From Nitrosococcus oceani ATCC 19707 (lineage in GTDB: Bacteria > Pseudomonadota > Gammaproteobacteria > Nitrosococcales > Nitrosococcaceae), in assembly GCF_000012805.1 (NCBI RefSeq), contig NC_007484.1, positions 3,270,001 to 3,302,000 on the forward strand: DNA of 32,000 bases, read 5' to 3'. The translations under genes were made by a program, and so were the position numbers. The notes under the pieces were generated by a model, which saw nothing but the letters and a program-made list of their open reading frames with translations, was not told the DNA's origin and searched no databases. Shown one piece after another: positions 8,624 through 17,491 of the stretch. The first letter of the stretch is position 1; every line of letters starts with the position of its first letter.

Positions 8624-9943
8624 ATGAATAAATATGCCTCTTATTTACTATTAGCATTTATATGTTTACTGACTCTGCCCTTAAGCCAAGCTAAAGCGGA
8701 GGAACAACAAAATATTTATAATAAATACCTACAGCCCGTGGTAACTGCTATCGATTATCACACACGTATGATATACCTCCTTAATTATGAAAAGGACAAA
8801 ATAATCACGGTAGATCCGTTTTTTATCGAAGGTTGGCCAGGCGATGTTCCCCTGCAACATACCATGATATTACCGGAGGGAGACAGATTCTACGTTACTA
8901 CCGATAATACGGATAATCATCCTTCTTATATTATGGCTTTAAAGGTGGATGATATTAACTGGGATAATGGCACAGCAGACGTCGTACTGGATTCAGTATT
9001 GCCAGTAGATGTTCCGAACACCCCATCAGAATTCCCCTTTGTAGAATCCATCAACCCTATCCAAGCGATTCCTAACTGGATAGTGTCTCCATCAACCCAA
9101 ATTCACGGACCCACATTGTTGCCCTATTCAGATTTTGTCTACTTTACCGAATTGACAGGGGACAAGGTACGCGTCGTTAATTATAAAACCAATGCATTTG
9201 CTAATGCCGATCCCATCAGCATTCCCGGATATACGGAACAGACTCATGGCGTCATGTTCAATAAGTCGGGAACCCTGGGGTTGGGAACAGGCTATTTTTT
9301 TGATAATAGCGTAATCGATTTATATAAAACCAATAGGGAAACCGGTCAATTGGAGGCCGTGAAGCAAATCATGCTAGGTAACGAGAGAAAGCATGCGGCT
9401 TTTTCCCATTATGTTTTTTGGCTGGACGAGCGCTACGCCCTCACCGCCTCGATGCAGCTTGGGAAAACCTCTTTGACACCGCCAACCACGCGTAAGATCA
9501 TCCCGCCGAGCGTGTGGATGATTGATGCCTGGGAGGGAACCGCCACTAGAATTATCAAGCATACCAAACATGCTAATGGGCGTGGCATCTTTCGCTCTGC
9601 CTCTGACATTGCTGTTGTTGGCAACAAACTCTATATTGCAGAGGAAGATTCCATTGACCATACCTTCGGTGATGATGGCTATGTTTCCGTCTTCGATATC
9701 AGTAACCGCTACCGGCCACGGTTTATAAAAAGATTTAAGCCAGGCGCGGAATTTCCCCAGGGATTTGCTATTGCCCACACCCTGAATCCAACGCCAGACA
9801 ACCGCTATTTATTGGTAGGCAGTTGGTTTTCAGGGTACATCATCAAAATTGATACCCTGACGGATACGGTCGCGAAGGTGTTCGGTCCTGGAGACGGCCT
9901 TGTCATGCCGCATGGTTTGTATGCCGCGGGTGGTATGCGTTAA
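8624..9943 (+). CDS. Exported beta-propeller-like protein of unknown function with periodic histidines (candidate metalloenzyme)
   Basis: Has a Sec-type signal peptide (MNKYASYLLLAFICLLTLPLSQAKA/EE) and AT-rich codon usage. His followed by a small residue recurs about every 40-50 aa (H79T, H161G, H208G, H257A, H313T, H346T, H385T, H430G), next to strand-like hydrophobic runs (RFYVTTD, FVYFTE, YVSVFDIS, RYLLVGS). I recognise no family with certainty. Confidence 0.6.
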   Translation: MNKYASYLLLAFICLLTLPLSQAKAEEQQNIYNKYLQPVVTAIDYHTRMIYLLNYEKDKIITVDPFFIEGWPGDVPLQHTMILPEGDRFYVTTDNTDNHPSYIMALKVDDINWDNGTADVVLDSVLPVDVPNTPSEFPFVESINPIQAIPNWIVSPSTQIHGPTLLPYSDFVYFTELTGDKVRVVNYKTNAFANADPISIPGYTEQTHGVMFNKSGTLGLGTGYFFDNSVIDLYKTNRETGQLEAVKQIMLGNERKHAAFSHYVFWLDERYALTASMQLGKTSLTPPTTRKIIPPSVWMIDAWEGTATRIIKHTKHANGRGIFRSASDIAVVGNKLYIAEEDSIDHTFGDDGYVSVFDISNRYRPRFIKRFKPGAEFPQGFAIAHTLNPTPDNRYLLVGSWFSGYIIKIDTLTDTVAKVFGPGDGLVMPHGLYAAGGMR

Positions 9944-10062
9944 TTATTGATGGTCACTTGCTGAATACGCCCACCGGCCCCTATATTTTTCAAGGCTGGG
10001 CCGGTTGGGTGCGGCAGCGATAATATAGCCACAAAAATTGATTCAGGAATCATAACGTAGAA

Positions 10063-10653
10063 ATGAGAAATCGTGCTTTATGTAATCTTGCTGCTATCAT
10101 GATGCTTTTGCTGCTTGCCCCCACTAAGTTAATAGCCTCAACCATCGTGCTGAAGCACGTCGCGCCTTTGCAAAAAGAAACGATAGCCCACTTAAACCAA
10201 GGAAGTAAAAGCGACAGTGGGCAATGGAGGCTGGTTGTTTTTGGCTTTACCAACTGTAGCGATGTCTGCCCCATGTCGCTTGCAAATCTTTCCATGCTAA
10301 TGGGCGCTGCGGAGGAAGAAAATATTAAACTGGCAGGGACTTTTGTAACCATCGATCCTGATAGGGACACCCATGCAGTATTAGCCGAGTACACTGATAA
10401 ATTTAATGCCGATATTGCCTATCTACGCCTAACAGGCAAAGACCTGGAACACCTTAAAAGCACCTTTGGCGTGGAAACTGTTTTCTATACCAAAAATGCG
10501 GGCAACAGAATTCACTACCAGGTTGATCACAGTAGCACCGGTTTTCTCATCGATCCCGAAGGAAGAATTAGAGTTCTGTTCGATGCGGTGGAAGACGCTG
10601 TCGATATTGCTAACATGATCCATGAGCAAGGGACGCTTTTTAGCCATGAGTAA
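10063..10653 (+). CDS. SCO1/SenC family copper chaperone / thiol-disulfide oxidoreductase
   Basis: Has an N-terminal anchor or signal sequence, the CxxxC copper motif in SCO context (VVFGFTNCSDVCPMSL), the downstream IDPDRDT, and the conserved His in YQVDHSSTGFLIDPEG. Confidence 0.8.
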   Translation: MRNRALCNLAAIMMLLLLAPTKLIASTIVLKHVAPLQKETIAHLNQGSKSDSGQWRLVVFGFTNCSDVCPMSLANLSMLMGAAEEENIKLAGTFVTIDPDRDTHAVLAEYTDKFNADIAYLRLTGKDLEHLKSTFGVETVFYTKNAGNRIHYQVDHSSTGFLIDPEGRIRVLFDAVEDAVDIANMIHEQGTLFSHE

Positions 10654-11275
10654 AAACATGGCGTTAACAGTGTTTTTTATGCTGATAGGAATCGCCCCTG
10701 TCTTTGCCATGAGCAATTACGATGATCCTCGTATTCTACCCTCCTTCAAAGATAAAGCCCTGCCGCCAGAGCTTGATATATTACGCGTTAAAACCAAGAT
10801 CTCAGCAGATAATCAACTGATATTTGAAGTCAAAACAAGAGGAGAGCGCACTAACGGGGAAAACGGGGATTATTTCTTGTTACAACTCACGAATGGACAA
10901 TCTTATACGCTCCTTGTCCCTATCAACGAAAAAAAGGGAAACAAAATTTTAGCGTATGAAGAGACCTTCCAGCCTCAACTTAACCCAGCACCTTCCCCGT
11001 CCAGAAAGTTAACAAAATTGAGTCTAACGGCAGGCTTCAAGGCAAGATATATCACGAATGGAATCGAATACCTCATGCCGATGGACTTACTCCATATCAG
11101 CAATGACTTTAGCTATGATGCCTATACTGTCCGGGCGAACAAGCAGGGAGATGCCTTAAGCATTGATAATATCTACGATCAAGCAGGAAAGGGACGCAAA
11201 GAAAAGAAGCGCTTTTCCGCCATCACCTTGCTTAACAAACTCTGCACGACACGTAAAATCATACTAGCCGATTAA
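10646..11275 (+). CDS. Small exported protein, unknown function
   Basis: Has a signal peptide (MSKNMALTVFFMLIGIAPVFA/MS). The start ATG at 10646 overlaps the SCO1 stop (ATGAGTAA), which suggests translational coupling; 10622 and 10658 are alternative starts. It is AT-rich like its two neighbours. Confidence 0.5.
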   Translation: MSKNMALTVFFMLIGIAPVFAMSNYDDPRILPSFKDKALPPELDILRVKTKISADNQLIFEVKTRGERTNGENGDYFLLQLTNGQSYTLLVPINEKKGNKILAYEETFQPQLNPAPSPSRKLTKLSLTAGFKARYITNGIEYLMPMDLLHISNDFSYDAYTVRANKQGDALSIDNIYDQAGKGRKEKKRFSAITLLNKLCTTRKIILAD

Positions 11276-11341
11276 GATCGCTCCATCCAAAACAATCAGA
11301 CGCCACCGATAAGCATCCAGAGGGATTTTTACCTCTCCAAG

Positions 11342-12565
11342 TCAATGACCGCTAGCTAAAGCAAGCGGCTTGCCCGTCCCCTCCCCTGGTTTGGAGCCTG
11401 GATCAACGGGGCGTGCTTCAGGGGTGATTGACAGCACCCCATCCTCGTCAAGAACTTGCCTGGCGAGGACACCTCTCAGGCGAATATTGCGAGAGGCATT
11501 TAAATCAGCGTGTAGTTCATAACCACACGCTTTGCAGAGGAAACGACGTTGATGTCGATTAGCTTTTTCGGTATGGCCACAGCGGGAACAGCCTTGGCTG
11601 GTGTGCTTCGGGTCAACCCCGATCACCTCCATACCGAAGGTGTCCGCTTTATAGCGGATAAATTGCTCCAACTCATAAAAGGCCCAGCGGTTGAGATCCG
11701 TGCGCTGTTGCTTTCTAAGTCTGCGTCCATTGCGGATACCACCAAGGTCCTCAACGGCAATCGTTGGGTTGCCCGTGTCCCTGGCAAAATCGACGAGATG
11801 GCGACTCATCACGTGATTGATATTTCTCATAAAGCGTCGCTCTCGGCCAGACAACCGTTTCAGGACTCGCCGCGTGGAGCGGCTGCCCGTTCGTGCCTTT
11901 TTCTTTTGGAGAGAAGCGCGGGTTTTGGCGTAGCGGTGGCGCACATGGTGGGTGTGTCCGCCACCGAAGAAAAGCTGGCGTTGGCCGTCGGTGACGGTCG
12001 CCAACACCTTGATGCCCCGGTCAACGCCCACCACAGCATCGTTAGGTTTGGAAATAGTCTCGGCCTCATGTTTGAAAGAGACCGACAGAAAAACCTTGCC
12101 CTTGCGAACAAACAAACGGCCATCACCCAGACGCCAATTCGCAACATACGCTTGCAGTTTCGGCGCACCATGATAGACAAGGCTTTTTATCCTTCCGTTC
12201 ACCGTCCACACGCTCAGTCCTTGTTGCGTAAAACTGAAGTCTCGCCCGCGCTTTCCGCCCTGCAGAACAACGGCGCATGGGCGAAAATAAACAGGCTTGC
12301 TAAGGGTCTTTTTGGCCGTGCGCGCTGCCGCGTATTTGCTGGCAACCTGCCGAATACAAGAGACGGCCACTTGCGACGACAGGCCAAAGGATTTGGCCGT
12401 TTCGTAACAAAGCTGTTGCAGTTTGATCGCATTGCTGAGTTTGCCGTTCTCGAAGGCCCTACAGCTCACCGCATTGCAAGCTTCTGTCCAGGCGATGACC
12501 GTGTTCTTTGCCGCCTCAAAGGGCAAATCAACCTTAATCAGCGTTGTTCTAACAATTTCCTTCAT
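11342..12565 (-). CDS. tnpB: TnpB (IS200/IS605-family OrfB, RNA-guided RuvC endonuclease)
   Basis: The 407-aa ORF has RuvC-I VVGVDRGIKV, RuvC-II IAVEDLGGI, a zinc ribbon CSRCGH..x..CKACG, and RuvC-III HADLNASRNI. All catalytic positions look intact. Confidence 0.9.
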   Translation of the reverse strand: MKEIVRTTLIKVDLPFEAAKNTVIAWTEACNAVSCRAFENGKLSNAIKLQQLCYETAKSFGLSSQVAVSCIRQVASKYAAARTAKKTLSKPVYFRPCAVVLQGGKRGRDFSFTQQGLSVWTVNGRIKSLVYHGAPKLQAYVANWRLGDGRLFVRKGKVFLSVSFKHEAETISKPNDAVVGVDRGIKVLATVTDGQRQLFFGGGHTHHVRHRYAKTRASLQKKKARTGSRSTRRVLKRLSGRERRFMRNINHVMSRHLVDFARDTGNPTIAVEDLGGIRNGRRLRKQQRTDLNRWAFYELEQFIRYKADTFGMEVIGVDPKHTSQGCSRCGHTEKANRHQRRFLCKACGYELHADLNASRNIRLRGVLARQVLDEDGVLSITPEARPVDPGSKPGEGTGKPLALASGH

Positions 12566-12610
12566 AGAGGTAACAATATCATAATTGTCGGAATTTTAAA
12601 TACGAGGAGG

Positions 12611-12654
12611 ACGCGAATTCCCCTGCCGCCTAAAGACGCCAGCCCCCTTCGCGT
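12611..12654 (-). repeat. Imperfect subterminal palindrome (LE-like hairpin) of the tnpB element
   Basis: On the minus strand, ACGCGAA-GGGGG-CTGGCGTC-TTTA-GGCGGCAG-GGGAA-TTCGCGT. The outer 7-bp stem is perfect. The inner 8-pair stem has one G.G mismatch and one G.U pair. Confidence 0.55.
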
Positions 12655-12821
12655 GAATTTGTGGAATATGCGGTACTTGGCTCAGCATTAAACCACCCGC
12701 CCCGTTGCCTGCCCATCCTCCTTGCCGGTACACTCAAAGCCATCTTTACTCCCGCGAGGAGGCAAGCGGCTATTCAACCGCCCGCCTTCGCGGCCATTGC
12801 AGTCCAGGAAATCCCTTCTAA

Positions 12822-14546
12822 ATGAGCCACAATATCACCCTACAACAACTGGAATCCTTCCTGTGGGAGGCCGCCGATATTCTCCGGGGCAACATGGACG
12901 CCTCCGAGTACAAGGATTATATCTTCGGCATGATGTTCCTCAAGCGCCTGTCCGATGCCTTTGAGGAAGCCCAGGAAGGGGTTATCCAGTACTACCTGGG
13001 CAAGGGCAAAACTGACGCCGAGGCCCGGGAGCTGGCCAACGATGAGGACGAATACGACAAGACCTTCTACATTCCGCCCATCGCCCGCTGGGGTGCCCTG
13101 AAAGACCTGAAACACGATATTGGCACCGAGCTGAACAAGGCCACGGAAGCCATCGAGGAAGTCAACCCTTCCCTGGAAGGGGTGCTGGTGTCCATCGACT
13201 TCAATATCAAGAACAAGCTCTCGGATAAGAAACTGCGGGATCTGCTCCGTCACTTCAGCCGCCATCGGCTTCGCAATGAAGACTTCGAGCACCCCGATCT
13301 ACTGGGCACCGCCTACGAGTACCTGATAAAAATGTTTGCCGATAGCGCCGGCAAGAAGGGCGGCGAGTTTTACACCCCTTCCGAGGTGGTGCGGCTGCTG
13401 GTGGCCCTGCTCAAGCCCCAGGCCGGGATGCGCATCTACGATCCCACCGCCGGGTCCGGCGGGATGCTGGTGCAGACCCGCAACTATCTGGCCCGTCATG
13501 GTGAAAACCCGGCCAATCTGTCCCTGTTCGGTCAGGAGATGAACCTGAACACCTGGGCCATCTGCAAGATGAATATGTTTTTGCACGGAGTCTACAGCGC
13601 CGACATCCGCAAGGGGGATACCCTGCGGGAACCCCAGCATACCCAGGGCGGTGAACTGATGACCTTTGACCGGGTGATCGCCAATCCCCCCTTTTCCCTG
13701 AAAAAGTGGGGCAAGGATGAAGCGGACAAGGACGCCTACGGGCGCTTCCCCTACGGTACACCCCCCAAGGACGCCGGGGATTTGGCCTTTGTCCAGCACA
13801 TGATCGCCAGCCTGAACGCCGAAGGCATGATGGGGGTGGTCATGCCCCACGGGGTGCTGTTCCGGGGCGCCAGCGAAAAAGCCATCCGCCAGGGCATCCT
13901 GAAGGATGATCTACTGGAAGCGGTGATCGGCCTGCCCGCCGCTTTGTTCTACGGCACCGGCATCCCCGCCTGCCTGCTGATCCTCAACAAAAACAAACCG
14001 GCGGAACGCACAGGCAAGGTATTGTTCATCAACGGCGAGCTGGAATTTCAGGAAGGCAAGAACCAGAACAAACTGCGCCCGCAGGATATGGACAAGATCG
14101 TTCGGACCTTCGATGACTACAGGGAGATCAAGCGGTATTCCAAGGTGGTCAGTTTGGCGGACATTGCCGGGAACGATGATAACCTGAATATTCGCCGCTA
14201 CGCGGACACCTCGCCGCCCCCGGAAATCTTCGATGTCCGCGCCATTCTCCACGGCGGTATTCCCGTGCGGGAAGTGGAAAGCGAGTATATCCGGGAAGAA
14301 ATACTGGAAGACTTTGATGTGACCATGGTCTTTGTGAGGCGGGATGAGCGCTACTTTGAGTTCAAGCCCGAGATCGAGTCCAAGGAAGCCATCCGGGAAG
14401 CGGCTGGGGAAGTTGACGCCAAGGTGATCCAACAACTGGAACGCTGGTGGGACAAGTACCGGGTGTCCCTGCATGAACTGGACGCCCAGGTGGCGGCAGC
14501 TGAGGAAGTGATGAAAGGCTATCTGAAGGAGCTAGGGTATGAGTGA
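12822..14546 (+). CDS. hsdM: Type I restriction-modification system methyltransferase subunit HsdM (N6-adenine)
   Basis: Has the HsdM N-terminal domain ([14 protein letters not shown]), the AdoMet motif [13 protein letters not shown], and the catalytic motif [10 protein letters not shown]. Also [10 protein letters not shown]. Confidence 0.95.
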   Translation: MSHNITLQQLESFLWEAADILRGNMDASEYKDYIFGMMFLKRLSDAFEEAQEGVIQYYLGKGKTDAEARELANDEDEYDKTFYIPPIARWGALKDLKHDIGTELNKATEAIEEVNPSLEGVLVSIDFNIKNKLSDKKLRDLLRHFSRHRLRNEDFEHPDLLGTAYEYLIKMFADSAGKKGGEFYTPSEVVRLLVALLKPQAGMRIYDPTAGSGGMLVQTRNYLARHGENPANLSLFGQEMNLNTWAICKMNMFLHGVYSADIRKGDTLREPQHTQGGELMTFDRVIANPPFSLKKWGKDEADKDAYGRFPYGTPPKDAGDLAFVQHMIASLNAEGMMGVVMPHGVLFRGASEKAIRQGILKDDLLEAVIGLPAALFYGTGIPACLLILNKNKPAERTGKVLFINGELEFQEGKNQNKLRPQDMDKIVRTFDDYREIKRYSKVVSLADIAGNDDNLNIRRYADTSPPPEIFDVRAILHGGIPVREVESEYIREEILEDFDVTMVFVRRDERYFEFKPEIESKEAIREAAGEVDAKVIQQLERWWDKYRVSLHELDAQVAAAEEVMKGYLKELGYE

Positions 14547-15816
14547 TACGGTTCCTGAGGGGTGGGAAGTTAAGCCGCTAGGAAAACTCGTAGACGTTCG
14601 ATCTAGTAATATTGACAAGAAGACTGAAACGTCGGAAATCCCGGTTCGTTTGTGTAACTACACTGATGTGTATTACAACAACAGGATCACGTCTGCAATT
14701 GATTTTATGGCGGCGAGTGCGAAACAGCGGGAAATAGACCGCTTCTCGCTAGAAAAAGGAGATGTGATAATCACGAAGGATTCTGAAACTCCTGATGACA
14801 TAGCAGTCCCATCGTATGTGAGTGATGATCTTTCTGGGGTGGTTTGTGGCTATCATTTAACCTTATTGAAGCCAGATCAAGATGAATCCGACGGTGAATT
14901 CCTTTCCCATCTATTCCAGTTGCCAAGCGTTCAGCACTACTTTTACATACTGGCAAATGGAATAACTCGCTTTGGTCTGACTGCGGATGCTATCAATGAG
15001 GCCCCACTTCTCACGCCCCCTCTCCCCGAACAACAAAAAATCGCCGCCATCCTGTCCTCCGTCGATGACGTGATTGAAAAAACACGCGCCCAGATCCACA
15101 AGCTGAAAGATCTGAAAACCGCCATGATGCAGGAATTGTTGACCAAAGGGATTGGGCACACGGAATTCAAGGACTCGCCGGTGGGAAGGATTCCGGTGGG
15201 GTGGAGTATTTGCAGCGCGGGGGAAGTCGCTGTTGCCATAATGGTTGGGGTCGTCGTTAAACCAGCGCAATACTATGTTGAATCAGGCGTTCCTGCATTG
15301 CGCTCCGCAAATGTTCGTGAAAACGGTTTAACCATGGATAACTTGAAATATTTTTCAGAAGACTCAAATGAAATACTCAAAAAAAGCCGGCTAATAAAGG
15401 GTGACCTTTTGACAGTCAGAACAGGTTATCCCGGCACGACAGCGGTAGTTACTGATGAATTTGAAGGCTGTAACTGCATAGATGTTGTCATTACTCGTCC
15501 ATCTTCGCGTATTGACTCAGACTTTTTTTGTTTATGGGTGAATTCTGACCACGGAAAAGGGCAAGTCTTGAAGGCACAAGGTGGACTTGCTCAGCAGCAC
15601 TTTAACGTCAGTGATATGAAAAACCTTACAGTGGTAGTTCCTTCACTAACTGAGCAAAAAGCTATCTTCAATGCTGTTAATTCAGTAACTAAGAAAATAG
15701 CCTTAACTGAAAAACGCCTTACTCTCTTGCTCGATACCAAAAAAGCCCTGATGCAAGACCTGCTCACCGGCAAAGTCCGCGTCAACGTCGAACAAGAGGA
15801 ACCAGTGATCGCCTGA
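14539..15816 (+). CDS. hsdS: Type I restriction-modification specificity subunit HsdS (two target-recognition domains)
   Basis: Overlaps hsdM by 8 nt. Two variable AT-rich TRDs are separated by the conserved coiled-coil repeats [37 protein letters not shown] and [37 protein letters not shown]. Confidence 0.9.
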   Translation: MSDTVPEGWEVKPLGKLVDVRSSNIDKKTETSEIPVRLCNYTDVYYNNRITSAIDFMAASAKQREIDRFSLEKGDVIITKDSETPDDIAVPSYVSDDLSGVVCGYHLTLLKPDQDESDGEFLSHLFQLPSVQHYFYILANGITRFGLTADAINEAPLLTPPLPEQQKIAAILSSVDDVIEKTRAQIHKLKDLKTAMMQELLTKGIGHTEFKDSPVGRIPVGWSICSAGEVAVAIMVGVVVKPAQYYVESGVPALRSANVRENGLTMDNLKYFSEDSNEILKKSRLIKGDLLTVRTGYPGTTAVVTDEFEGCNCIDVVITRPSSRIDSDFFCLWVNSDHGKGQVLKAQGGLAQQHFNVSDMKNLTVVVPSLTEQKAIFNAVNSVTKKIALTEKRLTLLLDTKKALMQDLLTGKVRVNVEQEEPVIA

Positions 15817-15831
15817 TCCAAAAAGCAAAAA

Positions 15832-15853
15832 GCCCCGATGTATTCATCGAGGC
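15832..15853 (+). terminator. Hairpin after hsdS (possible weak terminator)
   Basis: GCCCCGATG-TATT-CATCGAGGC forms a 9-bp stem with one mismatch. It is preceded by an A-run, but no U-tract follows (TGATTGCC), so its function is uncertain. Confidence 0.25.
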
Positions 15854-15968
15854 TGATTGCCGACCGGGAATCCCCCAGTCCATTTATAAAATACTATGGG
15901 TCCGCGCCCTGTAAGGTCAAGCCTGTGGAATATAAAAATATTATGATAGCGCTTTCAGGAGAAACACC

Positions 15969-16388
15969 ATGACTGCGGATATTCGCTGGCAACAGCGCTA
16001 CGCTAACTACCGCCGGGCGCTGGCCCACCTGAACAACGCCGTGGCCCTGAGCCGCGAGCGACCCCTGTCGGAACTGGAGCAACAGAGCCTGATCCAAAGC
16101 TTCGAGTTCACCCACGAGCTAGCCTGGAACTGTCTGAAGGATTACCTGCAATACCAGGGCGAGCAAGGGCTGATGGGTTCCCGGGATGCCACCCGCAAAG
16201 CGTTCTCGGTGGGCCTCATTGGACAGGGAGAGGTATGGATGGACATGATCGCCAGCCGCAACCGGACCACTCATACCTACAATCGGGCCACGGCCCAGGC
16301 TATTGTGGAGGCAGTGATCGAACGCTACCAGCCCCAGTTTGTGCGGCTGGATCAGCGCCTCGCCGAGTTGAAGGCCGCCGGGCAATGA
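15969..16388 (+). CDS. HEPN-domain toxin, nucleotidyltransferase substrate-binding (HI0074-like) family
   Basis: The 139-aa ORF has the Rx4-6H HEPN RNase motif (IASRNRTTHTY). The family-typical N-terminus RWQQRYANYRRAL and the FEFTHELAWNCLKDYL segment are present. Confidence 0.8.
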   Translation: MTADIRWQQRYANYRRALAHLNNAVALSRERPLSELEQQSLIQSFEFTHELAWNCLKDYLQYQGEQGLMGSRDATRKAFSVGLIGQGEVWMDMIASRNRTTHTYNRATAQAIVEAVIERYQPQFVRLDQRLAELKAAGQ

Positions 16389-16741
16389 CCGGCGACGGCC
16401 TCACCGGGCAACAGCGGCAAAATATTTGCCAGGTGCTGGCGCGGTTCCCGGCGGTCCGCGGCGCACGATTGTACGGCTCCCGTGCCTTGGGCCGCTACCG
16501 CCCCGGCTCGGATATCGACTTGGCGCTGGAGGGTGATATCGATCTGGCTACCCTGAACCGGATCAGCCTGGCGCTGGACGATTTGCTGCTGCCCTATGAA
16601 ATTGATTTGTCCATATTCGGGCAAATCGACAATCCAAAACTTCGCGACCATATTCAGCCTGTCGGCCGCTTGTTTTATCAACAAAATGAACCGTCTAAAC
16701 ATCTGGAAAGCCCAAATCGGGCAGACAAAATAAGCGGGTAA
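16385..16741 (+). CDS. Minimal nucleotidyltransferase (MNT) antitoxin partner of the HEPN protein
   Basis: The start ATG overlaps the HEPN stop (ATGA at 16385-16388). It carries the pol-beta-type NTase motif LYGSRALGRYRPGSDIDLAL. The ORF-track extension to 16235 overlaps the HEPN gene in another frame and is not used. Confidence 0.8.
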   Translation: MTGDGLTGQQRQNICQVLARFPAVRGARLYGSRALGRYRPGSDIDLALEGDIDLATLNRISLALDDLLLPYEIDLSIFGQIDNPKLRDHIQPVGRLFYQQNEPSKHLESPNRADKISG

Positions 16742-16795
16742 AATATCCTGTTTTAGAACGAAGATGGCTTGAAATTCGTATTTTAGCCCATTAGG

Positions 16796-17491
16796 TTAAG
16801 CTTGCCGCCATGAGGAATCGAGGCTGATCTGAAAGTGTTGGCTAAAGGCTTGCCGTTTACCGGACCACACATAGCGAAAATGACTGCCCTGGGTAGCCAG
16901 GCTTAACACTGGGGGGCGCAAGGCGGCAATGCAATGAAAACCCTCATGACGCACACTATTGTAATAAAAGCCCCATTCATTGCGCTCTCGCTGCTGCCGC
17001 GCGAAAGCCTGGGCGGGCCGGTAATCATTGGCATCATGCAGGGGGACAAATTCAGGCCCGCTGATGTCCAGCAATGGCTTTAATACCTTCGTAATGTAGC
17101 AGCGCATAGTGAGTTCCATGTCGTCTTCATTCGTGGCGCGCAGGTATCGGCTTTGGTGGTGCATGGTTTCTTTGATGGCGGTGCCCACAGTCTCGGCTGC
17201 GTAGTACACCCCATACCACTTGCCGTCACTAAAACGCGTGTTTCTGCCTAAGTGGGTGAAGGCCGCCATGATGGCCGTGGCGCCAGGGCCACTCACCCAG
17301 TCTTCCTTGGGGATCAGAAGTAAATTACCAGCTTCGGCGCGCAGGCGCTCGTTGGTCATGGCTTCAAGGGCAAAGGCAACCTCGAGTTCGTCGGGGCTAT
17401 CATAGCAATCTTCGAACACGGCAATAGGAGGAAAGTGAGAGGGCACCAAACGAAACCAACTGCCCTCCGGGGTGATGTAGGGCTTGGTCAC
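16796..17491 (-). CDS. RES-domain toxin (NAD+-targeting / ADP-ribosyltransferase-like family)
   Basis: The 231-aa ORF has a region with an Arg-Glu-Ser arrangement consistent with RES proteins (GRNTRFSDGKWYGVYYAAETVGTAIKE). The GTG start overlaps the upstream antitoxin stop (GTGA at 17488-17491). Confidence 0.75.
   Translation of the reverse strand: MTKPYITPEGSWFRLVPSHFPPIAVFEDCYDSPDELEVAFALEAMTNERLRAEAGNLLLIPKEDWVSGPGATAIMAAFTHLGRNTRFSDGKWYGVYYAAETVGTAIKETMHHQSRYLRATNEDDMELTMRCYITKVLKPLLDISGPEFVPLHDANDYRPAQAFARQQRERNEWGFYYNSVRHEGFHCIAALRPPVLSLATQGSHFRYVWSGKRQAFSQHFQISLDSSWRQA

Larger units (their letters stand above)
11276..12700 (-). mobile_element. tnpB-only IS200/IS605-family (IS1341-like) element; boundaries approximate
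   Basis: tnpB is flanked by short non-coding ends. A long imperfect subterminal hairpin lies at the upstream (LE) side (12611-12654) and a short AGAGG/CCTCT hairpin just past the stop (about 11322-11339). There is no Y1 transposase (tnpA) in the element. The exact ends and the target motif cannot be set without a second copy. Confidence 0.6.

Noticed and set aside
8160-8657. Two minus-strand ORFs (81 aa and 75 aa) in the non-coding stretch after the tRNA
   Set aside because: They have no RBS, odd composition and no motifs. The second overlaps the start of the well-supported exported-protein gene. They are likely spurious, though a decayed gene remnant cannot be excluded.
11549-12691. 380-aa plus-strand ORF covering the tnpB region
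   Set aside because: It is entirely antisense to a tnpB gene with complete catalytic motifs. Its translation is low-complexity (Ala/Arg/Leu-rich) with no recognisable motif. This is a typical shadow ORF.
12700-12760. Possible second copy of the tRNA-Leu 3' end (ATCCTCCTTGCCGGTACAC versus TCCTCTCCTCGGCACCA) between the tnpB element and hsdM
   Set aside because: Only short scattered matches appear, and they require several gaps. This is no better than expected by chance in C-rich DNA.
16235-16384. Upstream extension of the MNT ORF to 168 aa
   Set aside because: It overlaps the 3' part of the HEPN gene in another frame. The internal ATG at 16385 gives the canonical ATGA coupling and a normal-sized MNT.
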